DNA from: Bdellovibrionia bacterium
GTDB taxonomy: Bacteria; Bdellovibrionota; UBA1018
Assembly (NCBI GenBank): GCA_049424145.1
Contig: JBMSSC010000005.1
Location: 1 to 48,327, forward strand
Direction of reading: 5' to 3'
Length of the DNA stretch: 48,327 nucleotides
The number at the start of each line of letters is the position of its first letter. The stretch's first letter is position 1. Below are positions 1 through 11,261 of this stretch, piece after piece. Position numbers and translations under genes: made by a program. Below the pieces are notes generated by a model. It saw nothing but the letters and a program-made list of their open reading frames with translations. It did no database searches and was not told the DNA's origin.

Positions 1-1881
1 GCTACGATCTGCCGCCCCAGTTGTTTCTCTAAAGGGGCATGAGCGGATCTCCGTGCGCTTACTCCAAAGGTCTTTCAGCTGCCGTTCTTCTAAAGTTTCT
101 TGAGTCAGAAGCGTTTGCACACCCTCTTGGATGAGCTCAGGGTACTTAAGCATGACTTCTTTTGCTCGGCGATAGGATTGATTCAAGACTTGGGAGATGG
201 AATCATCAATGCGTTGAGCAGTTGCCTCACTGTAGGCAAAGGAGTGGGTCAAAGCCCCTGAAACCCGAAGCGTGGGTGCAGATTCACGCTCATAAACGGC
301 AAGCCCCAGTTGTGGATCCATCCCATACTGAGTGACCATGGCTCGGGCCATTTCAGTGGCTCGATCCAAATCATCGGCAGCCCCCGTGGAGACTTCCGAT
401 AAAAACACCTGCTCCGAGGCTCTACCGCCCAGAGCGATTGCAATTTTTGCCTCCAGCTCCTCGCGCGTAAACAGGATGCGATCCTCAAGGGGCCTGCGAA
501 TGGTGGTGCCAATCGCAGAAAGCCCTCTGGGAATGATGCTCACTTTATGAACCACCTCCCCCCGACCTAAAGCAAAGGAAACCATGGCATGACCCATCTC
601 GTGATAGGCCACCCTTTTTTTCTCCTCCGGACTGAGGATTCGACTTTTTCTCTGAAGGCCCACCACCAATCGCTCAACGGCCTGAGTGAAGTCATCCGAG
701 GTCACCTCCTGAGCTCCCCTTCGAGTTGCAATTAAGGCCGCTTCATTGGCCAGGTTAGCCAGATCAGCCCCGGAAAAACCCACTGTGATGGAGGCAAGGG
801 CGGGAATATCCACATGAGGTGAAAGGCGAATCCCCTTGAGATGAATTTGGAGGATTTTTTCTCGCCCCACTCGATCGGGTTTATCAACGACGATTTGCCG
901 GTCAAATCGACCCGCGCGAAGGAGCGCGGGATCTAAGACCTCAGGCCGATTGGTGGCTGCAAGCAGGATAATGCCCGAGGAGGGATCAAAGCCATCCATT
1001 TCTGCCAACAACTGATTGAGGGTTTGTTCTTTCTCATCATTTCCTGAACCACTGACGCTGAGCAGACCCCGAGCTTTTCCTAAGGCATCGAGCTCATCAA
1101 TGAACACGATGCAGGGCGTTTTTTGTCGGGCCTCAAAAAACAAGTCGCGCACACGGGTGGCCCCCAAGCCTACGAAAAGCTCCACAAACTCCGATCCGTT
1201 GATTGAAAAAAACGGGACCCCTGCCTCCCCTGCCACTGCGCGGGCTAAGAGAGTTTTTCCTGTTCCCGGGGGACCGAGCAGAAGAATTCCCTTGGGCATA
1301 CGACAGCCCAATTGAGAATATTGGGTGGGATTTTTTAGGAAATTCACCACCTCCTGCAGGTCCTCTTTGGCCTCATCGACTCCGGCCACATCGGCAAAGC
1401 GGGTCTTTAAATCCGTTTGAAGATAAATCTTAGCCTTGGACTTACTCAAGGAAAGCAGACTGCCTGTGCTCCGAAACGCATCTCCTTTGACCCGAAAAAA
1501 TAGCGTCCAAAGGAGGGAGAGAAAAAGTCCCACGCCGACCCAGAAGAAAAAATGACCTAAAAAATCCACTTCCTGAGTTCCCTGGAATTGAACCCCAGCC
1601 TGCGTCAATCGATCCACCAAGCCTGGATCATCGATTTTCACCGCCTCAAAGCCTAGGCCCTCCGCCGAGGAGGGCGCTTTCCAGGTCCCCGATATGGACT
1701 TGGCTCCAATCTGAACTTCTGAAACCCGGCCTTGGTCCAAGGCGGAGAGCAACTCACTGTAGGAAATTGATTTCTTCTGACTTTGAAGAGCGGCTCGCTC
1801 CACCAGTAGGAAAAAGCCTAAGACCAGAAGGATGAAGACCAAACTCAAACGCGGAGCTTGCACCACAGGGCGTTCATTCAT
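1..1881 (-). CDS. ftsH: ATP-dependent zinc metalloprotease FtsH (partial, runs off the left edge)
   Basis: Manual translation from ATG 1881: MNERPVVQAPRLSLVFILLVLGFFLLV (TM), then ISYSELL, Walker A GPPGTGKT (~1250-1275) and Zn motif AYHEMGHA (~587-610). The frame is still open at base 1, so it is absent from the ORF track. Confidence 0.96.
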   Translation of the reverse strand, partial: MNERPVVQAPRLSLVFILLVLGFFLLVERAALQSQKKSISYSELLSALDQGRVSEVQIGAKSISGTWKAPSSAEGLGFEAVKIDDPGLVDRLTQAGVQFQGTQEVDFLGHFFFWVGVGLFLSLLWTLFFRVKGDAFRSTGSLLSLSKSKAKIYLQTDLKTRFADVAGVDEAKEDLQEVVNFLKNPTQYSQLGCRMPKGILLLGPPGTGKTLLARAVAGEAGVPFFSINGSEFVELFVGLGATRVRDLFFEARQKTPCIVFIDELDALGKARGLLSVSGSGNDEKEQTLNQLLAEMDGFDPSSGIILLAATNRPEVLDPALLRAGRFDRQIVVDKPDRVGREKILQIHLKGIRLSPHVDIPALASITVGFSGADLANLANEAALIATRRGAQEVTSDDFTQAVERLVVGLQRKSRILSPEEKKRVAYHEMGHAMVSFALGRGEVVHKVSIIPRGLSAIGTTIRRPLEDRILFTREELEAKIAIALGGRASEQVFLSEVSTGAADDLDRATEMARAMVTQYGMDPQLGLAVYERESAPTLRVSGALTHSFAYSEATAQRIDDSISQVLNQSYRRAKEVMLKYPELIQEGVQTLLTQETLEERQLKDLWSKRTEIRSCPFRETTGAADRS

Positions 1882-1896
1882 GGAAAAGAGCAGAGG

Positions 1897-1913
1897 TGCA
1901 AAACTCTGACCAA
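1897..1913 (-). promoter_or_regulatory. Candidate sigma54 (-24/-12) promoter of ftsH
   Basis: Minus strand reads TTGGTCAGAGTTTTGCA, an exact GG-N10-GC with TTTTGCA at -12, 15 nt upstream of the ATG. Confidence 0.5.
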
Positions 1914-1966
1914 GATCCTAAGCGGAAGCTGCAGGCGAAGCCGATTTCCCCCCTGAAGCAAAAACG

Positions 1967-4281
<2,315 letters not shown>

Positions 4282-4386
4282 TTTATGGTTTTATCGAATT
4301 CAGATGAAAATAGAAGCGAAATTCAAAAAACTCGGGAAGATTCTACAAACTCCTCATGCGGAACTCAAATTGCCCTTATCTTTTGC

Positions 4387-5262
4387 TCAATGAGCAAATG
4401 GATTCAACAGACGATGCACTCGATTGAGAACTTCCCCCACAATCCGATCGTCATTGAGCGCTAGCCCAAAAGCACTGACCGGAGAAGAAGAGGGCGATGG
4501 ACTAACTAAAGCAGAGGGGCTTAAGCCTTGAGCGGAAGCCTGGGGAGTATGCCCCCAGGCAGAGGAAGTAGCCACTGCCGGACTGAGATCGGCACGCAAC
4601 ATTTGCATGGCCCACTGATAGTGAAAGGCCTCATCAGGTTGGTTTCTCTGCGGTAGACCAAAATCGATTTTTTTCTGAGCCAATCGCACCACCCATTGGG
4701 CATACCATGTACAAAGCTTCTCAGGAGAAACCTTCTTTTTTTCAGCAATAACTTGCAGGGCCGCCTCACTTAACACTCGTTTCAACCCGTAAACGGAAAG
4801 AAGACCATAGTTTTCAGTGGGGGGATGAACTTCAAGCTCCCGGTGAAGCGCATTGAGCTCCTCACGAAACACCTGAAGCGCCTCTGGAGAAGCGGCAGGC
4901 GCACGAGTCTCCAAACGCCGATAGGCCTCCGATTGAACTAAACCATGGTAGACGCCCTCTAATGAAGCACCCTGATTCAAGGTATCGACCCAGCCTCCAA
5001 ACTCGCCCCGATCCTTGGGCTCACTTAAGAGCACCACCCCATAGAGTTCACGGAAGACTTCGGCATGAATCTTTGCTTTCTTTGCAGCCAAAGACTGCAA
5101 CTGCTCGTCGGATCGCTGAGCCGGAGCCTGACTCTCCTCCCCTGCGTTTTCTTTTTTGGGAAAAAAAACCTCTGCCCAGGGGACACTCACCGGAACCTGG
5201 CAACTCACCCCACTGATCGCCCCGAAGGCGAGGACCCCGATTTTCTTTAATTTTGGACTCAT
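4387..5262 (-). CDS. Putative lipoprotein with a DUF4214-like helical segment
   Basis: MSPKLKK, hydrophobic stretch, then GVSC (lipobox-like). LYGVVLLSEPKDRGEFGGWVDTLNQGASLEGVYHGLVQSEAY resembles DUF4214. Start moved from 5313 to ATG 5262. Confidence 0.65.
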   Translation of the reverse strand: MSPKLKKIGVLAFGAISGVSCQVPVSVPWAEVFFPKKENAGEESQAPAQRSDEQLQSLAAKKAKIHAEVFRELYGVVLLSEPKDRGEFGGWVDTLNQGASLEGVYHGLVQSEAYRRLETRAPAASPEALQVFREELNALHRELEVHPPTENYGLLSVYGLKRVLSEAALQVIAEKKKVSPEKLCTWYAQWVVRLAQKKIDFGLPQRNQPDEAFHYQWAMQMLRADLSPAVATSSAWGHTPQASAQGLSPSALVSPSPSSSPVSAFGLALNDDRIVGEVLNRVHRLLNPFAH

Positions 5263-5350
5263 GCCCTTCATTTTGATCCAAATCAGCGAATGAGAAAACC
5301 TTTTTTTCTTCACCCCATCAGGCTCTAAAAACCAATCCAGAGCCTTCTGC

Positions 5351-6238
5351 TCAGCTTTTCATGAAAGGAACACCAAGAGCTTGAGGCGCTTTGGCCTTGC
5401 CCACAATGCCTGCTAAGACCAAGAGGGTCACTAAGTAAGGTAAAACTTGAATGAGTTGAACAGGAACGGAAGTCTGTCCCCAGAACACCACCCCTTGGAG
5501 ACGAATCTGAAGACTGTCTAAGAGCCCAAATAAAAGACACGCCACAGCCGTAGGAATCGGTCGCCACTTCCCAAAGATTAAAGCAGCAAGGGCCATAAAC
5601 CCGCGCCCAGCCGTCATATTTCTAGAGAACGAAGAGGACAGGAAGATGGAAAGAGAGGCACCTCCTAAGCCTGCTAGAATTCCACTGCAGGCCACAGCGA
5701 CCCAGCGCACTCGCTTCACCCGAATGCCTGCCGCATCCAGCGCCTCTGGATTCTCCCCTGCAAACCGCACCCAAAGACCCGAGGGAGTTTTTTTTAGCCA
5801 AAACCAGATCACAAAGGGAAGCCCCCACGCCATCAGAATCGGAGCCGTTTGAGCCCGCACAGCCAAGGGCAAACTCGGAGTCGAGGTGCTTGAATCATAG
5901 AGGACTTTACAGAGAAATGGAGTGATCCCTGCTGCCAGCATATTCATCGCTGTTCCCGCTACAATCTGATTCACTTGCAACTCAATGGCAAAAAAACCGT
6001 AGAGCAGCGCCAATCCTAAAGCAAAACCCATGGCGCCTAAAAAACCCAAGGTTGCTGACTGGGTGCTTGACGCCGTAACGGAGGCACCAAATGCTCCCAT
6101 GAGCATCATCCCCTCAAGCGCGATATTAATGACTCCCGCTCGCTCACTCATCAGTCCACCTAGGGCCCCAAACAGTAGCGGCGTTGAGACTCGAAACGTT
6201 GACGCTATGACCTGAACAACAAGGATCAGCAGTTCCAT
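5351..6238 (-). CDS. Nucleoside/sugar ABC transporter permease (NupC/YufQ-like)
   Basis: SERAGVINIALEGMM, GENPEALDAAGI and GRGFMALAALIFGKWRP. ATG 6238 overlaps the upstream stop (TGATG). Confidence 0.92.
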   Translation of the reverse strand: MELLILVVQVIASTFRVSTPLLFGALGGLMSERAGVINIALEGMMLMGAFGASVTASSTQSATLGFLGAMGFALGLALLYGFFAIELQVNQIVAGTAMNMLAAGITPFLCKVLYDSSTSTPSLPLAVRAQTAPILMAWGLPFVIWFWLKKTPSGLWVRFAGENPEALDAAGIRVKRVRWVAVACSGILAGLGGASLSIFLSSSFSRNMTAGRGFMALAALIFGKWRPIPTAVACLLFGLLDSLQIRLQGVVFWGQTSVPVQLIQVLPYLVTLLVLAGIVGKAKAPQALGVPFMKS

Positions 6239-7335
6239 CAGATGGCCACCTTCGAATGAGAGCGAGATTTTCGGTCCGAGACCCGTTTCAATCGTTTCTT
6301 CCACTTTTTACCCAAGCGTCCCCAGACCCCTTCGGCTGAGACCGATAAAATCACCAGGGCTTGCAGAATCAGAGAAAAATCTCGAGTGATGGCTTCCGTC
6401 TCTAAATCCAAATCACTGGAGCCTTTATGAAGCGCACCAAAGAGGAGAGCGGCAAAAACCACCCCAAGCGGGGAGTTTCGACCTAATAACGCGACGGCCA
6501 CTCCCAAGTACCCATACCCGGGAGACAGCCCCATTTTAAAGCGCCCCAAGTTGCCTAAAACCTCACTCACTCCCACCAGTCCTGCCAGCCCCCCTGCAAT
6601 GGAGAGGGCTAAAATCTTCATCCGACCCACGTCAATCCCAGCAGAACGAGCGGCAAGCTCATTTTGTCCCACTGCGCGAAGCTCAAAGCCCCACGTCGTT
6701 TTCCAGAGAAAAAACCAGACTAAAAACGCCACACCCAGAGCCATGAAAATGGCCACACTCACGGGTGCCTCTTGAAAAGCACTGAACTGGGGGATCAGGT
6801 AAGAAGCCCCAATTCGAGCGGTCTCCGGGTTTTGTGAGTGAGGGTTTTTAAGCACATACAAGGTAACCCAACTGCATAAGCCAGCGGAAATAAAGTTCAG
6901 CATGATCGTATTGATCACCTCGTGACTGCCTCGCTTGACCTTCAACCACCCAGGGATAGCACCCCAAAGGGCTCCCCCGATCATACCGGCTAAAAGACCC
7001 ACCAGAGGAGCAAGCGGAAAAGGGAGGTTTGGAAAATAAATCCCCACGGCGGCCATCAAAAGCGCGCCCACCTCAAGCTGCCCCTCTGCGCCGATGTTAA
7101 AGAGGCCCGCATGAAAAGCAACGGCCACTGATAGCCCTGTAAAGATCAAAGGCGTGGCATAAAACAGCGTCATACCCAAGTCGTAACGTGAGCCAAAGGC
7201 GCAGTTCATTAGGATCCGAAAAACATTCCAAGGATTCTCCCCTGCCCAAGCTGTGATCAAAAGACCGATCCCCAGCCCGAGCAAAACTGACCCAAGCGGC
7301 TGAAGCCATTTTAAAAGTGTTCGTCTCCATCTCAT
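6238..7335 (-). CDS. Nucleoside/sugar ABC transporter permease (NupB/YufP-like)
   Basis: GLFNIGAEGQ, SHEVINTIMLN, GFELRAVGQN and multiple TM helices. Confidence 0.92.
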   Translation of the reverse strand: MRWRRTLLKWLQPLGSVLLGLGIGLLITAWAGENPWNVFRILMNCAFGSRYDLGMTLFYATPLIFTGLSVAVAFHAGLFNIGAEGQLEVGALLMAAVGIYFPNLPFPLAPLVGLLAGMIGGALWGAIPGWLKVKRGSHEVINTIMLNFISAGLCSWVTLYVLKNPHSQNPETARIGASYLIPQFSAFQEAPVSVAIFMALGVAFLVWFFLWKTTWGFELRAVGQNELAARSAGIDVGRMKILALSIAGGLAGLVGVSEVLGNLGRFKMGLSPGYGYLGVAVALLGRNSPLGVVFAALLFGALHKGSSDLDLETEAITRDFSLILQALVILSVSAEGVWGRLGKKWKKRLKRVSDRKSRSHSKVAI

Positions 7336-8972
7336 ACGTTTTCGTGTGCCTCAGTTGCAGCGTGATCCTTTAAACTCTTCACTTGAGAGCCTCCCATATA
7401 GAGCCCCAGTTTCTCTTCTGAAACTTCACTTCGCTGAAACTCAGCTCGGATTTGACCTTCATACAAAACTAAAATCCGATCTGAAAGCGCCAGAAGCTCA
7501 TCTAACTCAGAGGAAACCAAAAGAATGCCACATCCGCGATCTCGAGCCGCAAGGAGTCGCTCATGAATGGCTTCAATTGCACCTACATCGACTCCGCGAG
7601 TGGGTTGAGCTGCAATTAAAAACTGAGGGGAAACTTCCAGTTCTCGTGCAATGATGAGTTTTTGCTGATTGCCTCCTGAGAGGTGACTGACGGTAGTGCT
7701 CTTGGATCTCGGACGAATATCGTGTTCCTCTAAAACTTGATCCAGCTTTTGATTTAAGGATCCCCAGCAGATGACTCCCTGTTGATGAAATCCCGGTCTT
7801 CTCTGCAGCCCTAAGAGGAAATTATCTCTCACCGACTTCTCAAGGAGCAACCCCTCACGATGGCGATCTTCAGGGATGAAGCCAACGCCCAAGGAGCGAA
7901 TTTCCCAAGCGCTGAGAGGGGCCGTATCGTGACCCAGGATCTCAATTCCACCGGATGAAGCCGAGCCCTGAGAGGCGAGCGAGGAGAGCCCATAGTCTTT
8001 GGCGTGAAGAAGCACATCCAACAACTCGGACTGACCATTGCCTTCGACTCCTGCGATTCCAACAATCTCTCCCGAATGTACCGAGAAGTTCACCTGCTTT
8101 AAGGAACACCGTCCAAAGAGGTTTAAGTTTTTCACTTGCAGCACGGGCTTGGATGGAACTGAGGACAAAATCGGAGAGACACTCTGCCTAGGGTGTGCAT
8201 TGAGGTTCACTTTTCGTCCCACCATCAAGCAAGCTAAATCTTCAATACTCGTCTGCTCAATCTCACGCTCCGCTGCGACTTTACCTCGTCTGAACACCGT
8301 CACACGGCTTGCCAGCTTCATCACTTCTTTCAGTTTATGGGTAATGATGAGGATGGTTTTTCCTTGATCCCGAAGTTTGCGCAAATGAACAAACAACTCT
8401 TCGGTTTCTTGAGGGGTTAAAACCGCTGTGGGCTCATCGAGAATGAGGATGTTGGCATTTCGATACAGTAGTTTTAAAATCTCAATGCGCTGCTGAATGC
8501 CGACTGAGGTGTCTTCAATCTTGGCATCTAAATCGACTTTCAATCCGTACTGAAGAATCAGTGCCTCTAACTTCCTTCGAGCTGCCTGAAAATCAATCGG
8601 CCTCAAAAAACGGGGTAGAAACCCACTGCCCGCTCCGTGAGGCTCTGAGCCTAAAACAATGTTCTCAAGCGCAGTGTAGGGACCCGAGAGCATGAAATGC
8701 TGATGCACCATGCCAATTCCAAATCGAATAGCATCTGAAGGCGACGACCAGGGCCGATTACGGCCACCCCACAAAAGCCCATTTAAATAGACCTCGCCTT
8801 GATCCGGCTCAAAGGTGCCGTAGAGGATTTTCATAGCCGTTGATTTACCGGCTCCATTTTCTCCTACGATGGCGTGAATTGAACCCTGCTTCACCTGAAA
8901 GTGAAGATTCTTGTTGGCAAAAAAGCCATCAAACGACTTGTCGATCCCTCGGAACTCAATTGCTGGTTTCAT
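7332..8972 (-). CDS. Nucleoside ABC transporter ATP-binding protein with tandem ABC domains (NupA/YufO-like)
   Basis: GENGAGKS, MVHQHFML, ILDEPTAVLTP, GVEGNGQSEL, LSGGNQQK and QPTRGVDVGA. Confidence 0.95.
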   Translation of the reverse strand: MKPAIEFRGIDKSFDGFFANKNLHFQVKQGSIHAIVGENGAGKSTAMKILYGTFEPDQGEVYLNGLLWGGRNRPWSSPSDAIRFGIGMVHQHFMLSGPYTALENIVLGSEPHGAGSGFLPRFLRPIDFQAARRKLEALILQYGLKVDLDAKIEDTSVGIQQRIEILKLLYRNANILILDEPTAVLTPQETEELFVHLRKLRDQGKTILIITHKLKEVMKLASRVTVFRRGKVAAEREIEQTSIEDLACLMVGRKVNLNAHPRQSVSPILSSVPSKPVLQVKNLNLFGRCSLKQVNFSVHSGEIVGIAGVEGNGQSELLDVLLHAKDYGLSSLASQGSASSGGIEILGHDTAPLSAWEIRSLGVGFIPEDRHREGLLLEKSVRDNFLLGLQRRPGFHQQGVICWGSLNQKLDQVLEEHDIRPRSKSTTVSHLSGGNQQKLIIARELEVSPQFLIAAQPTRGVDVGAIEAIHERLLAARDRGCGILLVSSELDELLALSDRILVLYEGQIRAEFQRSEVSEEKLGLYMGGSQVKSLKDHAATEAHENV

Positions 8973-9991
8973 GGATTTAACTGGTAGTAATCGGGAACCT
9001 GAATCTTCCCTGAGACGATTTTTGACTTCAGCAGCTCCACTTGGTTTCGAACGGACTGGGGCATGAGGCTTTCATTGAATGAATCCACCGCGTAATCCAC
9101 TCCCTTGCTTTGCAAACCAAAACGAACACTCCCGGAGGTAAACTTCCCCTCTATGGCCTCCTTGCAAGTGGAATACACCGCCTCATCCACCCGTTTGACC
9201 ATGCTCGTTAAAATCAAACCCGGCTTCACCCAGTTTTGATTGGAATCCACTCCAATGGCAAACTTCCTCTTCTCCTCGGCCGCATCAAATAGTCCACTAC
9301 CCGAGGCTCCTGCTGCAGAAAAAATCACATCGACCCCTGAATCATACTTCGTGACGGCCAACTCTTTGGCTTTCGTCGGATTATTCCACGCCTCACCCGT
9401 TACTCCGATGAAGTTGGAGGTGATTTGAATTTTTGGATTCGCAGCTTTTGCTCCGTGAATGTAGCCCAGCTCAAATCTTCGAATCATGGGAATATCCATG
9501 CCCCCAATGAATCCGACTTTTCCTGTTTTCGAGGTGAGAGCTGCAATGGCACCCACTAAATAGGACCCCTGATGTTCTTCAAACAGTAAGCTTTTCACAT
9601 TCGGTCCCTTCACTTCTCCATCCACGATTGCGAAGTGAAGGTTTGGAAATTTTTGGGCCACCTTGGCTACAGCGTCAACTTGGGAGACACCAATTGCAAT
9701 GATCAGATCAAAACCCCTTTGAGCAAACGCTCTGAGATGGGGTTCAAAGGCGTTGTCATCCGTCGCTTCGACATACTTTGCTAAAATGGAAAACTCTTTC
9801 TTAATCTTCATCAACCCTTGATAAGCGGCTGAGTTAAAGGAGCGATCGTCTTTTCCTCCCTTATCCAGAACCAAACCAATGCGCATTGTTGCGTGGGCAG
9901 AAGAGGCAATGGGTCCGAAGAAAAAAAACAGAAGAAACAGACCGATTCCAAACTGAAGTCGAAGCAGAAAGCGATTCAACACAAAAAACAC
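8969..9991 (-). CDS. BMP-family (Bmp/PnrA) nucleoside-binding protein
   Basis: GGKDDRSFNSAAYQGL, FEEHQGSYLVG, GFIGGMDIP and AIGVDSNQ. The signal peptide ends AHA with no lipobox. Confidence 0.93.
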   Translation of the reverse strand: MFFVLNRFLLRLQFGIGLFLLFFFFGPIASSAHATMRIGLVLDKGGKDDRSFNSAAYQGLMKIKKEFSILAKYVEATDDNAFEPHLRAFAQRGFDLIIAIGVSQVDAVAKVAQKFPNLHFAIVDGEVKGPNVKSLLFEEHQGSYLVGAIAALTSKTGKVGFIGGMDIPMIRRFELGYIHGAKAANPKIQITSNFIGVTGEAWNNPTKAKELAVTKYDSGVDVIFSAAGASGSGLFDAAEEKRKFAIGVDSNQNWVKPGLILTSMVKRVDEAVYSTCKEAIEGKFTSGSVRFGLQSKGVDYAVDSFNESLMPQSVRNQVELLKSKIVSGKIQVPDYYQLNP

Positions 9992-10300
9992 TCACTTCTG
10001 ATTGGATTTTTTTTTCTGTCATTCTGTTTTAGCATGGCCCCCCTCTTCTCGCACATCCTGAGAGAAGGCTCAACGACTAACCCAACGATTTTTCACTTTT
10101 TTATTCAAACTTATAGAGCGTTTGACGTCTTGGAGCTCACAGACTCTCTCTTGCCAGTTTTGACACTAAGAAAATTCATTGACAAAATTAGTGCATAGCG
10201 TTAACTATAGGCCCTCAGCTTTGATCCCTTCAATCCAGTCCAATGTGGGAGTGAGTTCTTGTGGCAGAATTCTTTTGGCGGCAAAGGAAATTGAAATAAG

Positions 10301-11155
10301 ATGGAAATGGTTCATTTCATACCACCCAGTCAGCGACGCTTAGCCTTGCTTGCTTCCCAAGCCGACCTGTCTCCTGTGCTCATTTACGGAGCCAGTGGAA
10401 CAGGAAAAGGGGCCATCGCCAAGTGGATTCACGCCAACAGCCCTCGCACAGGCCGAGCCTTGATCACTGCCCAAAACGACCAACCCCTTTTTGATCAGCT
10501 CATTCAAGCTCAAGGGGGAACCTTTGTGATTCCAGAAATTGGCAAATGGCCACTTTCGGATCAAAAAAAACTCCTGACGTTTTTGGAATCCAAGTGCATG
10601 GTTCATCCCACCGACGAGCAGCTCACCACTGTAGCGAATGTGCGAATCATTGCCACCACCAGCCAGGCGTTGGAAGGCCGAGCTCAAGGCGGCTTATTTA
10701 ATCCTGAACTCCTCGACCAGTTCTCTCAGTTCCGCATTGAAATGCCCTCACTCAACCAGAGAAAAGATGAGTTCATGGACATCGCCATGGGAATCTTAGG
10801 CGAAGTCACCCGAGAACTTCATCGAGAGTACTTGAGGAATTTTTCCGACGAAGCGTGGAGTCGACTCCAGAGCTACGAATGGCCGGGGAATTTGCGAGAA
10901 CTTCGCAACGTGATTAGTTTAGCTGCGGCTGCAGCCCCAGGGGATCAAATAGAGACTCAAGACCTTCCCCACTTTGAAATTTCAAGAATTGATTTTCGAT
11001 CCACACGAGAAGAATTTGAAAAAATCTATATTTTAGAGTTACTAAGAACATCAAACGGAGATATTGATCATACGTGCAAAATGAATCAAATTAATCGGGC
11101 GTCTTTAGATGAAAAGATCCGATTATACGGGATATCGCTCCAACAGGACCGATGA
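10301..11155 (+). CDS. Degenerate sigma54-activator-type AAA+ protein with C-terminal Fis-type HTH
   Basis: PVLIYGASGTGK..AKWIH..SPR, NVRIIATT, YEWPGNLRELRNVI and a Fis-like tail. The GAFTGA loop is absent and Walker B reads FVIPEI. Confidence 0.85.
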   Translation: MEMVHFIPPSQRRLALLASQADLSPVLIYGASGTGKGAIAKWIHANSPRTGRALITAQNDQPLFDQLIQAQGGTFVIPEIGKWPLSDQKKLLTFLESKCMVHPTDEQLTTVANVRIIATTSQALEGRAQGGLFNPELLDQFSQFRIEMPSLNQRKDEFMDIAMGILGEVTRELHREYLRNFSDEAWSRLQSYEWPGNLRELRNVISLAAAAAPGDQIETQDLPHFEISRIDFRSTREEFEKIYILELLRTSNGDIDHTCKMNQINRASLDEKIRLYGISLQQDR

Positions 11156-11240
11156 CCCGTATACGCCTCTGGAAGCCACCCCTAATCTCCCCCCCAAGGC
11201 TTCCAGAGGCGGTTTTTCAAGACTCAATCCCTCATTTCTT

Positions 11241-11253
11241 AAAAAAAAAAAAA
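11241..11253 (+). repeat. A13 homopolymer tract
   Basis: 13 consecutive A, read directly from the sequence. Confidence 0.95.
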
Positions 11254-11261
11254 CCGACCTC

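Noticed and set aside
249..1433. Short ORFs at 249, 332, 1016 and 1203
   Set aside because: They are shadow or antisense frames of ftsH.
10160..10207. Two TTGACA hexamers upstream of the regulator
   Set aside because: Neither has a convincing -10 at 16-18 bp, so no promoter is called.
10261..10280. TGGCAG..TTGGC as a sigma54 promoter for the regulator
   Set aside because: The GG to GC spacing is not 10 nt.
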